From: a virus
Lineage: Duplodnaviria; Caudoviricetes
Length of the DNA stretch: 62,818 nucleotides
Virus record (IMG/VR): IMGVR_UViG_3300029319_007025
Location: 1-62,818 of that record
Direction: 5' to 3' (one strand)
Part shown: piece after piece, positions 18,985 to 29,490 of the stretch
Layout: each line of letters starts with the position of its first letter
Numbering within the stretch: position 1 is the first letter of the stretch
Position numbers and translations under genes: made by a program
The notes under the pieces: generated by a model
The model's input: the letters and a program-made list of their open reading frames with translations, nothing else
Database searches by the model: none
What the model was told of the DNA's origin: nothing

Positions 18985-21900
18985 ATGGCACTTACGCTAA
19001 ACGCTGATTTACAAACCGAGCTTGAGCGAGCAGATACCCGTCCTGTTTATCTTGTTGAGGTATACATAAGACCATACGCTGCTAACAGTGCAACGTCAGT
19101 TACAGAAGAACGCACACAAAATTCTTTGGTCAATCTCTACCCGATAAGATTTTGCTGGAGCGACACGCCTCTTACCTCCGACCCCGCGAGCCGCAGCGCG
19201 TCGCTACTGCGCGAGCAAACGCGAATTCCAAACATAGTCAGGTCAATCGAACCTTTTGGAGTAACGCTCGATCCGCTAAACAGAAAGGTATCACAAGGCG
19301 ACACGTCTATATCCATAATAGATGACGGCACACTAAGAAACATATTAGCGCAACCTAGCATCAATAATGTAAGTACCTCAAACAATCCAAACGTTGCTAA
19401 TTATCTTTACGGGCAAAAGGTTATTATCAAGCTAGGTGTTCAGACGTATGTGATTGGCGGAGAGCGTAAGGTTTTTGACATAGCGAACTTCCTAACACTA
19501 GGCACGTTCGTTATAAGCGAGGTTCTTCCCAAGCGCGGCACAATAGAACTGTCCTGTAAGAGTTTTTCTGTCTTACAAAATACGCATAAACTGACACGTA
19601 ATTTTAGAACACGCTCGCCTCATGGCCAGCTACACGAGATACTCTTTAACGAACTTGGTTTAGACAATACTTCAGGCACGTATGATGAAAGCTCTGTTGA
19701 TGCTTGGTACACAAGTCAGCCCAGTGTTGATGTAGATAAAAGACATTGGGCTTGTAAGCGCGAAGATCACGACTTTGATACCGAGCAAATTCAATCAAGC
19801 TCAAGCGTCAAGGATGAGAGCGCGTGGCAAATTATAAATGACCTTGCTTTTCTTTTGGGCGGATTTGTCTGTGAGCGCGAGAACGGAAAGATAACCTATG
19901 TACCTTTCAATGCAAGCGCAGCGGCTGTTCGCGATTTGACAACTGATGACATCACTGACTTCGAGCAAGTTGATACGTACAGTAATGTTAATAATCAAAC
20001 GAATCTGAAGATAACAAGCACGGTAAAGAAGACAGATTGGGAACCATCAACAACAGGTGTTAGTTCATCACAGTTTGGAAACAATCCTATACCCGCGTAC
20101 TTTGGCGGAGTGGATGGTGAGTCGGTTTTTAGTTCAAAGATATTGGACGCACAAAGAGCACACAGGTTTCCAGACTACGGCGCTAACACTGCTAGAATAA
20201 ATAGAGAGGTTACATTCTCAACAAATTTGAAATGGGAAGGTGGGGTCACAAGCGTAGGTTTTTTGAAGCCGAGGGTTGTTACCTATGGCTCAATGGTTGC
20301 TACAGGTGAAACAAACTCCAATGGTGTTGCACAAGGGCCAGCGACGTACAACCACTCAACAAAGCGGGTCACACTTGTATCAGGCAAAGTCAATACGACA
20401 AACCCTCCTCCCACAAGCGGTGCATCATTAGACACGTATTTATCAAGCGACTTCGTAGATGTAACCCGTGGTCCTGTGTTGCGCGTTATCTCAACGACAA
20501 CGGTTGGAGGTACGCCTACAGCGGTTACTGATGACGGAGGCAAGTCAGTCACGTTCAAAGAGGGTCGCATACTCTCGATTGATAACTCCGGCTCAACTTC
20601 GGTCCTCACTTTAGCAGATGATCAGTTGTTAGAATTTCAAGATAACTGGGGCACGTCTTCTGCATTCGACTGGGTAATACTTGAACCGTCATACCCTGTA
20701 CCTGTTACCTACCACAAGACAAGCATCGGCGCATTCTCCGGCCTTGGCTTACAAGCGAACCTTGGCATACAGACGTTCCCTAGTCCTCGCGGCAGCCCCG
20801 TTGTTGGCACAGGTTCAACGATTTATAGAAATGCACATTTTCAAAGATACTTTTATGCACAGTGGGCAGCGGTAACAGGTATAGCGGGTGCTAATGTTCA
20901 ATTTGCAGGCAGCGCAGATCAGATAACACTTGGTGCGCCTTATCAAGAACTTATACCTCTCACACATATAGGCGGGCCAGCGAATGCAGATCAGAGGTTG
21001 CCCGTGGCCAACCCAGGGTCGGCGAGCTATCTAAGTGATCTTCGTTTACTCTATGGACATGATGCCGCATCAACGTCAGCAACATCTGCTGCAACATACG
21101 CGCAACTTCAAGGCGCAGAGCGCACAACCAGGTTAGGTATCTCGGGCGATAGTGAAAGATACGCTTATCTAAAACTTGAGTACAATACCACAGGCGGGAA
21201 TCAACGTGAGATCATAAAATGCAATGCTGCATACCCGTTGCCTATTACCTGGAATCGTTGGGCTAATACGGTGGGCACACAACATGCTGGCTATGGTGTG
21301 AATAGAGTGACCGAGACATCTTTTGAACCACACCCTAATCAAAGAACATCGGGGCAGCCTTTTGCAAGACGCCAACAACAAATGTCTAGCACCTTTGCAT
21401 ACAGGGCAGACGCATCGTCGGTCACGATTGGTTACACGATGAATCCAACCACACAGTTTGGAAGCGCGGCTGTTCCCGTTTCGATTCTTTGGGATACGTC
21501 GCTCTACTCTGAGAACGCTGCACATGCAATTCTGCCTGCTGGTCGCGGTCAGTTTGACACAACGCCTGCTCCGATGATTGTTCCTGCCGCGTTACTAAAC
21601 GTGCCTACAAACCAGTCGTCCGCAAACCATTACCTTGGCCCGCGTTGCACGGACGTTACCTGCGCTGTTGACGTATCGCAAAGAATTCTAAACCGCGCAG
21701 CGTATGGAATGCCTGTGGTTGAGTTCAGCACGTCGCTGATACACGCTGACTTACAACTCGGCGATTTCATTTCTATCACCCATCCTTTATACTTGCGGCA
21801 TGAAAAGAACGGTAGTGATACAGGCACTATCTTTGAGATCACACGGAAAGAAATTATTATAGGTGGGGACAGCCCACGCATACAGTGGCAAGCTGCATGG

Positions 21901-22101
21901 GTGAGACAAGATTCTGCTGCTAGCTACACTATTGCAGAGAACTCTGTACTTACAGCAACAATGGCGAGGCCATCGACCGCACAAGCGACCGCTGCTGTGA
22001 TAGGTAATGACTTTACAATGGTCACTGATGAAGTAGGCAACACAATCAAGTATGATAATAAGCTAGAAGGGGTCAGTGTTGTTTGGCCTGGAAGTAATTA
22101 G
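18985..22101 (+). CDS. Tail tip / hub protein
   Basis: 1038 aa; GKITYV and LQLGDFISITHP hub-like motifs; synteny. Confidence 0.7.
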   Translation: MALTLNADLQTELERADTRPVYLVEVYIRPYAANSATSVTEERTQNSLVNLYPIRFCWSDTPLTSDPASRSASLLREQTRIPNIVRSIEPFGVTLDPLNRKVSQGDTSISIIDDGTLRNILAQPSINNVSTSNNPNVANYLYGQKVIIKLGVQTYVIGGERKVFDIANFLTLGTFVISEVLPKRGTIELSCKSFSVLQNTHKLTRNFRTRSPHGQLHEILFNELGLDNTSGTYDESSVDAWYTSQPSVDVDKRHWACKREDHDFDTEQIQSSSSVKDESAWQIINDLAFLLGGFVCERENGKITYVPFNASAAAVRDLTTDDITDFEQVDTYSNVNNQTNLKITSTVKKTDWEPSTTGVSSSQFGNNPIPAYFGGVDGESVFSSKILDAQRAHRFPDYGANTARINREVTFSTNLKWEGGVTSVGFLKPRVVTYGSMVATGETNSNGVAQGPATYNHSTKRVTLVSGKVNTTNPPPTSGASLDTYLSSDFVDVTRGPVLRVISTTTVGGTPTAVTDDGGKSVTFKEGRILSIDNSGSTSVLTLADDQLLEFQDNWGTSSAFDWVILEPSYPVPVTYHKTSIGAFSGLGLQANLGIQTFPSPRGSPVVGTGSTIYRNAHFQRYFYAQWAAVTGIAGANVQFAGSADQITLGAPYQELIPLTHIGGPANADQRLPVANPGSASYLSDLRLLYGHDAASTSATSAATYAQLQGAERTTRLGISGDSERYAYLKLEYNTTGGNQREIIKCNAAYPLPITWNRWANTVGTQHAGYGVNRVTETSFEPHPNQRTSGQPFARRQQQMSSTFAYRADASSVTIGYTMNPTTQFGSAAVPVSILWDTSLYSENAAHAILPAGRGQFDTTPAPMIVPAALLNVPTNQSSANHYLGPRCTDVTCAVDVSQRILNRAAYGMPVVEFSTSLIHADLQLGDFISITHPLYLRHEKNGSDTGTIFEITRKEIIIGGDSPRIQWQAAWVRQDSAASYTIAENSVLTATMARPSTAQATAAVIGNDFTMVTDEVGNTIKYDNKLEGVSVVWPGSN

Positions 22102-22113
22102 GAGTAATAAGAA

Positions 22114-23508
22114 ATGGGTTTTCATAAAAATCTAAATGGAACTGATCTGCATCCACCACAAGGTAAGTCACCTACACCTTTACAATTAGACGACGACACA
22201 AGTGCAGCGTATCTAATCGAAGATACAAGCAACGTAAACTACCTGCGTGTAGATACAACCAACTCAGCAGAAGTTGTAAAGGTGTGCAACACAACCACGA
22301 ATCCAAAACTTGTGCAGGAAGGTACAGGTAACGTTGGTTTAGGTACAGCATCGCCGACCGAAAAAGTGGACGTTAGTGTTACAGGTACGAACGGAGGTAT
22401 CCGTGTAAAGAACGATACTGATAATGCTTACCTCAAGTTGGACGCACCAACAGACGAGGCTGCCTACATTGATTTCTCTACGGCAGAATCGAACGACTGG
22501 CAGATTGGCAGGCGACCTAACTCTAACGACCTCACCGTCTATGATAACGACGGAGCAAACAACTATATCTTTGTCTGGCAGCAAGGCGGCAACGTGGGAG
22601 TCGGCACATTGACTCCCTCAACCAAGCTACATGTTGATGGTGCTGTAACTGTAAACGGTAAGGTCAGCGGGGTGGCAACGCCTGTTGCCACAACCGACGC
22701 AGCAAACAAAGCATACGTGGATTCAACTTCTTCGGGTATATCTGCTGTGGTTGATGATACCTCACCCCAGTTGGGAGGCAACCTAGATTGCAACGGTAAT
22801 AATATTATTCTGGATCATGATAACAGCATTCTGGATGAAAATACTAAAGCGCAAATAACTTTTATAACTACTGCAAGCGCATTGAATTCGCTCGGCATTC
22901 GCAACGCTGCGTCCGGCGGCGACGCACAAGCAGGAACCACCAGCACCGCGCCAACGATAGAATCCGTGGGTGAAACAAATGTTGATCTAGGTCTTGCGGC
23001 AAAAGGCACAGGCACGGTTACTATTCGCGCAAACACAAATTCTGGAACGCTTTCTCTCAATTCGACGGGTAACACAAAAACAATAAATATAACCGTACCC
23101 ACAACTGACTCGCTAGGATCATCGTACACGCTAACGCTTCCCCCTGATGATGGTAATGCTAATGATGTTCTTCAGAGTGACGGGTCAGGCGGATTATCTT
23201 GGGTGCCGCAGTCAGGTGGCGGGCTAACCGTTGAATCTAAAAACGCAGACGCTACGCTAACGGGTACAAACAAATTTATAAAAGCGAATAGCGGCGGAGG
23301 AGCAATAACCCTTACATTACCCGCAGCAAGCACAGCAGGAAGCGGCGCAATTTTTGTTATAAAGGATATCGGCAACGCGAGCAGCAATGCAATCACACTT
23401 GAGGGTAACGGTAGTGAAACCATTGACGGTGCGCTCAATAAAATTATCTCCACTAATTTCGCCAGCATAGAGGTTGTCTGTGATGGCTCTAACTGGTTTA
23501 TCCGCTAA
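22114..23508 (+). CDS. Tail fibre protein 1
   Basis: GNVGxGTxxP repeats, DAANKAYVD, DTSPQLGGNLD, TLTLPAAS C-terminal module. Confidence 0.85.
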   Translation: MGFHKNLNGTDLHPPQGKSPTPLQLDDDTSAAYLIEDTSNVNYLRVDTTNSAEVVKVCNTTTNPKLVQEGTGNVGLGTASPTEKVDVSVTGTNGGIRVKNDTDNAYLKLDAPTDEAAYIDFSTAESNDWQIGRRPNSNDLTVYDNDGANNYIFVWQQGGNVGVGTLTPSTKLHVDGAVTVNGKVSGVATPVATTDAANKAYVDSTSSGISAVVDDTSPQLGGNLDCNGNNIILDHDNSILDENTKAQITFITTASALNSLGIRNAASGGDAQAGTTSTAPTIESVGETNVDLGLAAKGTGTVTIRANTNSGTLSLNSTGNTKTINITVPTTDSLGSSYTLTLPPDDGNANDVLQSDGSGGLSWVPQSGGGLTVESKNADATLTGTNKFIKANSGGGAITLTLPAASTAGSGAIFVIKDIGNASSNAITLEGNGSETIDGALNKIISTNFASIEVVCDGSNWFIR

Positions 23509-23577
23509 GGAATTGAGGACGTGGGTTTGAACCGTAAACACAGCTCAGGCAAAATGGCCCCGAGCTAGGAGTAACTA

Positions 23578-23925
23578 ATGGCAATTACATTTGATTGGAC
23601 CAGCAAGACAGGGTCCGCATATAAGAAGCAAACAATCGCGACCGACACACCTACGACGTTGCTCACCGATCAGCAGATCAAAGGTGCTTACAGAGGTGTT
23701 GTTCTTTTTGTATTTAGCACAGGCGTTGCTGGAACACTTACAGTAAACTTTATTGATAGGGATAATAACAAACGCTCGCTACAGACGACAACGGTGGCAA
23801 GCGCCACACTCTCTGCAATCGACTTTGACTTTCCTATTCCACGCTATGAGATAACATGGACAAGCGACAGCGACACCTCATCAGATGTTAGCGTTGAGGT
23901 ATTTCCATATGGTGCAGGTAAGTAA
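23578..23925 (+). CDS. Small virion beta-sandwich protein
   Basis: SD AGGAG; Thr/Ser-rich; lies between the fibre genes. Confidence 0.6.
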   Translation: MAITFDWTSKTGSAYKKQTIATDTPTTLLTDQQIKGAYRGVVLFVFSTGVAGTLTVNFIDRDNNKRSLQTTTVASATLSAIDFDFPIPRYEITWTSDSDTSSDVSVEVFPYGAGK

Positions 23926-23927
23926 CT

Positions 23928-25463
23928 ATGGGTATCAAGGAATATGGTCAAGCGGCCAGCGAGGTTGAACTACAGGACAACCCAGGCCCAATCAAGAACC
24001 AAGAAGGCGAAGCGGTCATTGAAATCACCAATGACCAGAACGTAGGTATAGGCACATCAACGCCCACAGAAAAACTTGATGTTGCTTTGACAGGTGCCAA
24101 TGGAGGTATCCGCGTAAAGAACGCAACAGATAATGCCTATGTGAAAGTTAGTGCCCCTGCTGATGAAGCCTCATACATTGACTTCCAAACAGGCGACAGC
24201 ACGGATTGGCAACTTACACGTGCCCCAAACTCAAATGACCTCGCCGTCTATGACAACGATGGCGGCTCGGGTTACATGGTCACTTTCGAGCAAGGTGGTA
24301 ACGTTGGCGTAGGTACAACAAACCCCGCTGAGAAAGTGGATGTTTCACTCACGGGTGCTAATGGCGGGCTTCGTGTAAAGAACGCGACTGATAACGCGTA
24401 TGTTAAGATAGACGCTCCTGCTGACGAAGCAGCTTATGTCGATTTTCAAACGGGTGAAAGCACCGACTGGCAACTAACCCGTGCGCCAAATACGAATAAC
24501 CTTGCTATCTATGATAACGATGGGGCTTCCGACTATGTTGTTACGTTTGAGCAAGGTGGAGACGTTGGTATCGGTACAGGCACACCGAGGCGCAAGTTAG
24601 ACATACTTGATGCGAGCAACCCGCAGTTGAGATTGTCTAGCGCAGACGACTCTAAGTATGTTGAAATGAAATCTATTTCAGGAGGAAGTTTCGACGGGTC
24701 TGCAATCATGGAAATGGTTGGTACAAATCCTTCATGCTTATTTCTACGCTCAACGGATGCCCAAACATTTCTACAAGTTCAAAATACAAATGCAAAAGAT
24801 ATAAGCGGTAACTTTGTTGATAGCGATCAAAATGGTCTAACACTTGGCTTGAATACAACCGATGCCTACATCTTCAACCGACATACTTCAGGCAAAATGT
24901 ATATAGGTGTTTCCAACACTACAGCAATCACCATTGACAGCGACAGAAGTTCAACCTTTGTTTCCAACCTGGCCGCAAATGGTAGTGTCACCTTGGGTGA
25001 TGCAACGGCAGATGCTCATGTTGTAAATGGTACGTTACGCCTTGCTTCAGAGTATAGCTCTGGACCTTCTGCACCAGCCGATGGTGCCGGAGGAATTTTG
25101 TACGTGAAGAACGACGGAAAGTTGTACTTCATTTCTGAGGATGTCAGTGAAACAGATCTGACATCCGGCGGAGGTGGTGGCCTTACGCATGAAACAAAGT
25201 CGGCTGACTTCACTGCGGCGGGCAACTTTTTCTATTCTGTAAACTCCTCGGGAGGTAACATAGCTGTAACACTCCCGGCAGCAAGCACGGCAGGACTTGC
25301 AGGACAGACCGTTGATATATGTCATAGAACAATAGGCAACACGATAACGATCACTCGTAGTGCAAGCGATCTAATCAATGGCGCGACGACGCTTACTTTG
25401 AGCGGTACCGCTTTTCAGAATGTTACGTTATTCTGCACAGGATCCGAATGGCTAATTCGATAA
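23928..25463 (+). CDS. Tail fibre protein 2
   Basis: Two tandem copies of the about 87-aa module found once in fibre 1; related C-terminal module. Confidence 0.85.
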   Translation: MGIKEYGQAASEVELQDNPGPIKNQEGEAVIEITNDQNVGIGTSTPTEKLDVALTGANGGIRVKNATDNAYVKVSAPADEASYIDFQTGDSTDWQLTRAPNSNDLAVYDNDGGSGYMVTFEQGGNVGVGTTNPAEKVDVSLTGANGGLRVKNATDNAYVKIDAPADEAAYVDFQTGESTDWQLTRAPNTNNLAIYDNDGASDYVVTFEQGGDVGIGTGTPRRKLDILDASNPQLRLSSADDSKYVEMKSISGGSFDGSAIMEMVGTNPSCLFLRSTDAQTFLQVQNTNAKDISGNFVDSDQNGLTLGLNTTDAYIFNRHTSGKMYIGVSNTTAITIDSDRSSTFVSNLAANGSVTLGDATADAHVVNGTLRLASEYSSGPSAPADGAGGILYVKNDGKLYFISEDVSETDLTSGGGGGLTHETKSADFTAAGNFFYSVNSSGGNIAVTLPAASTAGLAGQTVDICHRTIGNTITITRSASDLINGATTLTLSGTAFQNVTLFCTGSEWLIR

Positions 25464-25477
25464 GAGAGGGATAAGAA

Positions 25478-25816
25478 ATGACTTTTAAGTTTGGTGAACC
25501 GATTCACCTAGTACCAACACAGACTACGGTCACAGGAACTACAAATACATTAGTAGGCACTGTGTACATAACCAAAGGCGTGATCACGAAAGTGGCTGCG
25601 TTTCTTGGTGAGCAGGGAGCAACGCACACTGCTACGCTAACGATTAGTCGTAACACTGGTGGTTCTACGTTACAGTCGCTTACTTCATCTTCTGCACCAG
25701 CGGAAGTGAGCGCGACAAATGTCACCGTAGCGAACAGCGACTATTATGACCTTTACCTGAAGACAGATAACGCAAGCGGCGTTGCTGTTTTGTCAGCAAT
25801 ACGATTTGAATTTTAG
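25478..25816 (+). CDS. Small virion protein
   Basis: Thr-rich beta protein with SD, in fibre cluster. Confidence 0.6.
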   Translation: MTFKFGEPIHLVPTQTTVTGTTNTLVGTVYITKGVITKVAAFLGEQGATHTATLTISRNTGGSTLQSLTSSSAPAEVSATNVTVANSDYYDLYLKTDNASGVAVLSAIRFEF

Positions 25817-25827
25817 GAGATAGATAA

Positions 25828-26895
25828 ATGCCTACACGACAAAGAACTTGGACAATTAGCCAAAATAACACACCATCAGATGTATCGACCGTGGCAGCGC
25901 AGGGTAAAGAAATACTTTTGACTTTCAAGAATGCACTAAAGACAGCAGGTTGGACAGTCATGCAAAGTAGTAATTCTTCAACAGCCGACACAAGCGATAA
26001 CTGGTCTTCAGTTTCTGATGTTGTAAATGGAACTTCTGCACATTCCTGGATTGTTCTTAGAAGCCCTGCGAATTATCCATCAACCGGTAACTATATTTAT
26101 TTTGGGATTGATTACAACAGCAGTGACCCAGCACAGCTTGACTGGTGTACAGCCACAGCGAATTGGAGTGGGCTTACAACAAGTGTTGGTCCTGCATCGT
26201 CCAGCTCTACCGATCCGAATGGAAGTAACGTACACACTTCCAATGACGATACTTACTTCATACCCAAAGAGGTTAGCAATGGTTCTGTACGTTCAGTTAA
26301 GTATCACATCTGCACAAACACAATTGGTGACTTTATATTCTACACGACTATAGACGCGACTGGCGAAGTCTTCTTTGGCTCGTTTATAAATAAACTGTCA
26401 CAGGCGGAAAGCGTAGATGACTTTCCAATCGCAACATACTTTCGGTCAATGGGTAACAGTAACAGCACTAGCACCAGTAGCTTTCTTTATGCTTCGAATC
26501 CTTTTGTGCTGGGTGATCTGAGTAATGGTAGCGGCTCGGGTAGAGGTTTTAAATTTGATGATGGCACTGTCTCTATGAGCAGCGGTATAACCGCAAATAA
26601 TTATTATTACCACGAGTATTGGACTGTCGGTCACACCACTGGTTTTAGCACTAATATGGGGTCATCTACTGGTGATAACATTTCTGGTAAGATGCCAGCT
26701 CTTCCTATTTGGTGTACTGGAGCAGGTGGCACTAACGGTAAATTTATCAGAGGCGTACTCACTGATATGTATGTAGCAAACGGTAGCAGTCAAAGCTTAG
26801 CTGCTACCGGAGATGTAACCCCAGGAACAGGGACAATTACGTTTGGTTGCGTAGGTAGCCTGTGGCTGCCTTGTGACGCAGCTCCCAACTTTTAG
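25828..26895 (+). CDS. Putative receptor-binding/structural protein
   Basis: Ser/Thr/Gly-rich 355 aa, SD AGGAG, end of tail cluster. Confidence 0.55.
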   Translation: MPTRQRTWTISQNNTPSDVSTVAAQGKEILLTFKNALKTAGWTVMQSSNSSTADTSDNWSSVSDVVNGTSAHSWIVLRSPANYPSTGNYIYFGIDYNSSDPAQLDWCTATANWSGLTTSVGPASSSSTDPNGSNVHTSNDDTYFIPKEVSNGSVRSVKYHICTNTIGDFIFYTTIDATGEVFFGSFINKLSQAESVDDFPIATYFRSMGNSNSTSTSSFLYASNPFVLGDLSNGSGSGRGFKFDDGTVSMSSGITANNYYYHEYWTVGHTTGFSTNMGSSTGDNISGKMPALPIWCTGAGGTNGKFIRGVLTDMYVANGSSQSLAATGDVTPGTGTITFGCVGSLWLPCDAAPNF

Positions 26896-26903
26896 GTGAC
26901 AAA

Positions 26904-27179
26904 ATGACAGCACGAGATACACTTAGTTACACCGTTGGCGCAAATGCTACAACTTGGTTTCATGATTTTCAAACAGGGTCTGGTTGGGGCACTACGCCAA
27001 GCATGGCAACACAAACCACATTTTATCTGAGAGCATTTGATAGTGGTTCAGGTGGTCGCTACGTATACTGGAGCAACACAGGCACATCGCCTGACCTGTC
27101 TCCATCGGCAACAGACACAACACCAAATACCGCTGGGTCATTATCTCTGAAGGTCATTATAAATAGCGTAGTTCTCTGA
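26904..27179 (+). CDS. Hypothetical virion protein
   Basis: Thr/Ser/Gly-rich ORF coupled to neighbours. Confidence 0.55.
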   Translation: MTARDTLSYTVGANATTWFHDFQTGSGWGTTPSMATQTTFYLRAFDSGSGGRYVYWSNTGTSPDLSPSATDTTPNTAGSLSLKVIINSVVL

Positions 27180-27574
27180 TGCCTCGGTACAGTAACAGAT
27201 CAGCAATCAAACTTGCGGAGTGCGACGAGCGCATCCAACGGGTATTCAATAAGGTCATTGAGACAATCGACCACACAATACTTGTAGGGTATCGCGACGA
27301 AGCAACCCAGGAAGAAATGTACGACCAAGGCAGAAGCCAATTACAGTATCCAAAGTCAATGCACAATAAGTTGCCGTCACAAGCTGTTGATGTAGCACCT
27401 TATCCTATAGACTGGAATGACAGGGAGCGGTTTACCTTGTTCGCGGGTTTTGTATTAGGCACAGCAAAGCAGATGAATATCAACCTACGCTGGGGTGGCG
27501 ACTGGGACAAGGATTGGCAAACCGCTGACAACTCGTTTGACGATTTAGTGCACTTTGAATTATCAAGTGATTAG
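27179..27574 (+). CDS. Endolysin, peptidase M15 family
   Basis: GYR...Q, SMHN...AVD, RWGGDW, DLVHFEL zinc-peptidase motifs. Confidence 0.93.
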   Translation: MPRYSNRSAIKLAECDERIQRVFNKVIETIDHTILVGYRDEATQEEMYDQGRSQLQYPKSMHNKLPSQAVDVAPYPIDWNDRERFTLFAGFVLGTAKQMNINLRWGGDWDKDWQTADNSFDDLVHFELSSD

Positions 27575-27582
27575 GTATACTT

Positions 27583-27891
27583 ATGGCTGGTTCAATACAT
27601 CCTTCTAAAGATAACGCATTTAAGGTTCTCGTAACCTATTGGCCTCTGCTGGTTGCACTCTTCATCGGCGCTGGTATTGTTAGTGAAGCTCGATACCGCC
27701 TCGCCGACCTAGAGAACAAATTCATACAGCTAGAAAAAAGAAGTGATGATCGTTTCAACACGATCACTGCTGAGATGAAAGAGGACAGGCGAGAACTCAA
27801 GAAGCTCAATTCAGAGCTGCGAGTTGGCTTGGGTAAAGTGCAACTTAGCATGGCTAAGATTTGCGCCAAGTTGGATGTCGAGTGTGATTAG
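27583..27891 (+). CDS. Membrane-anchored coiled-coil protein in lysis cassette
   Basis: One N-terminal TM segment followed by coiled coil. Confidence 0.6.
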   Translation: MAGSIHPSKDNAFKVLVTYWPLLVALFIGAGIVSEARYRLADLENKFIQLEKRSDDRFNTITAEMKEDRRELKKLNSELRVGLGKVQLSMAKICAKLDVECD

Positions 27892-27900
27892 GAGGTAACG

Positions 27901-28143
27901 ATGGAAAAGTCGTTTTTCAAAAGCAAGAAATGCTGGGTATTTTTACTCATGCTTGTTTCAACAGTTGGCCTACTCTGCACAGGATTTGTCTTTGGTGTAG
28001 GCGGCGATGTACTTGAACAAATAGTCACAACGCTAGGTAGCACTACCGGCCTAGCTGCTGTAACGCTCATCGGGGGGCAGTCTTTTGTGGACGGTAAAGT
28101 GCGCCCCGTTGCTCTTTCGACGGATTGCAAAAACTGTGAGTAA
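27901..28143 (+). CDS. Putative holin
   Basis: 80 aa, two hydrophobic segments, FFKSKK N-terminus, SD AGGAGG. Confidence 0.65.
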   Translation: MEKSFFKSKKCWVFLLMLVSTVGLLCTGFVFGVGGDVLEQIVTTLGSTTGLAAVTLIGGQSFVDGKVRPVALSTDCKNCE

Positions 28144-28148
28144 GTAAA

Positions 28149-28445
28149 ATGGACTTGATCGTAACCGCGATACTAACTTTGCTTGGGGCTATAGGGGCTT
28201 ACTTCGGTATGCGTTCTAAGTTTACGCAGCGTGGTTACGATCAAGCCCTCAAGCGTCAAGAGAATCGTGCTGACATGGTTCGCAAAGATATCGAACGTAA
28301 GGACGCGACAATAGACAGCCGTGTAAAAAGTAATCACGTAAAAATCAAGGCTACAGCACAAGCTAGGTTAGAAGAGAACACGGGCAAAGCAGCAAATGGT
28401 TTGATAGCGAGGGCGAAAGCATCATGGGATCTAAGAAAGAAATAG
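28149..28445 (+). CDS. Putative i-spanin-like protein
   Basis: N-terminal TM plus helical body; lysis cassette position. Confidence 0.5.
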   Translation: MDLIVTAILTLLGAIGAYFGMRSKFTQRGYDQALKRQENRADMVRKDIERKDATIDSRVKSNHVKIKATAQARLEENTGKAANGLIARAKASWDLRKK

Positions 28446-28783
28446 CAGCAATCGCAGCGGCGCTTACATTTATTCCCGCTGAGACATTAGCAAACGCGCA
28501 AGAGATACAAATCTGCGACCCTGATCGCGCCTTCACCCGTTGCGAGAAAGAGCTTTATGACGCAGGTATCATCTGGGAATCACGTGCAGAGCAAGCAAGA
28601 GAATCGTTCAACGGATGTATGGATAAACTCGCCGTACGCACATCAACGGTAATCAATAAACTTGTTCTTCCACCACCTCCGCAGGTCGCGGACAAATTTA
28701 CAAAACAAGATTTACTTATCTATACGAGCATAGGTTCTGTTGGTTTTGTACTTGGAGCACTCATCACCGCACTGATGAGGTAA
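28424..28783 (+). CDS. Secreted, C-terminally anchored protein (spanin-like?)
   Basis: Signal-peptide-like N-terminus, three Cys, Pro run, C-terminal TM; overlaps previous gene. Confidence 0.45.
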   Translation: MGSKKEIAAIAAALTFIPAETLANAQEIQICDPDRAFTRCEKELYDAGIIWESRAEQARESFNGCMDKLAVRTSTVINKLVLPPPPQVADKFTKQDLLIYTSIGSVGFVLGALITALMR

Positions 28784-28980
28784 TGTTGTACATAGTCGTA
28801 GTAAATAAAAAAGAATATAAATGTAGAGACGCAGCGACACTCAGGAAGTGGAAAAGGGAAAAAAGAATAAACGACAACACACCCGTCTGGGATAGGCTTG
28901 AAAGAATTTGGACAACCGTCGGGCAGGCAATACTTGTACGTCCTGCCGACGGTTCATCTAAAAAGATCTATCTTTCATAG
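28783..28980 (+). CDS. Stand-alone GYF_2 (DUF4339)-like protein
   Basis: TLRKW...RI...TPVW...W pattern. Confidence 0.45.
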   Translation: MLYIVVVNKKEYKCRDAATLRKWKREKRINDNTPVWDRLERIWTTVGQAILVRPADGSSKKIYLS

Positions 28981-28998
28981 AAATGTGGTAGACTGTTT

Positions 28999-29205
28999 TT
29001 GAGAGGTTTATCACAACCAATGTCTTTTAGAAGTTCTGTTGCCGCACACAACACAGCAGCATGGATTGCTTATCTAAAGGTACACGTCCAAGCGTTTGCA
29101 TTAGGTACATTACTCATGGCTGCATGTCTTATCCTAGGCATAGTTGGAACAGTTTCTAAAATAGGACTTTGGCTGAAGGGCCAGAACAATGCCACGGAAA
29201 CCTGA
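28999..29205 (+). CDS. Hypothetical membrane protein
   Basis: Hydrophobic C-terminal half; start uncertain. Confidence 0.4.
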   Translation: MRGLSQPMSFRSSVAAHNTAAWIAYLKVHVQAFALGTLLMAACLILGIVGTVSKIGLWLKGQNNATET

Positions 29206-29467
29206 AGAATGGGCAGATGAATATAAACATGTAACCAAGGTCTTTGGACCGCGCCTTCTCGATATAATGGAGGGCATGACAATAACAGAGTTGTCTTTAC
29301 GTTCGGGCGTAAGTACAAGCACAATCTCAAATTGGATACAGGGGCGCACAGTGCCTGACATCGTGCGTCTTTTCGCTATCAGCAATGTACTCAATGCCTC
29401 AATAGATTGGCTTGTGGGGCTTGACGATGACGATGCTCCACAAAGAAGCCCCTCTTACCATCAATGA
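29189..29467 (+). CDS. XRE/Cro-CI family HTH regulator
   Basis: MTITELSLRSGVSTSTISNWIQGRTVP...SIDWLVG. Confidence 0.92.
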   Translation: MPRKPEEWADEYKHVTKVFGPRLLDIMEGMTITELSLRSGVSTSTISNWIQGRTVPDIVRLFAISNVLNASIDWLVGLDDDDAPQRSPSYHQ

Positions 29468-29490
29468 TTTGTATGTAGGATAATGCAACT

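Noticed and set aside
22114-26895. Diversity-generating retroelement acting on the fibre repeats
   Set aside because: No reverse transcriptase is present; the repeat copies are all coding and differ mainly at synonymous positions rather than only at adenines.
29189-29467. Lysogeny module implied by the XRE repressor-like gene
   Set aside because: No integrase, excisionase or divergent cI/cro arrangement was recognised; a lone HTH does not show temperateness.
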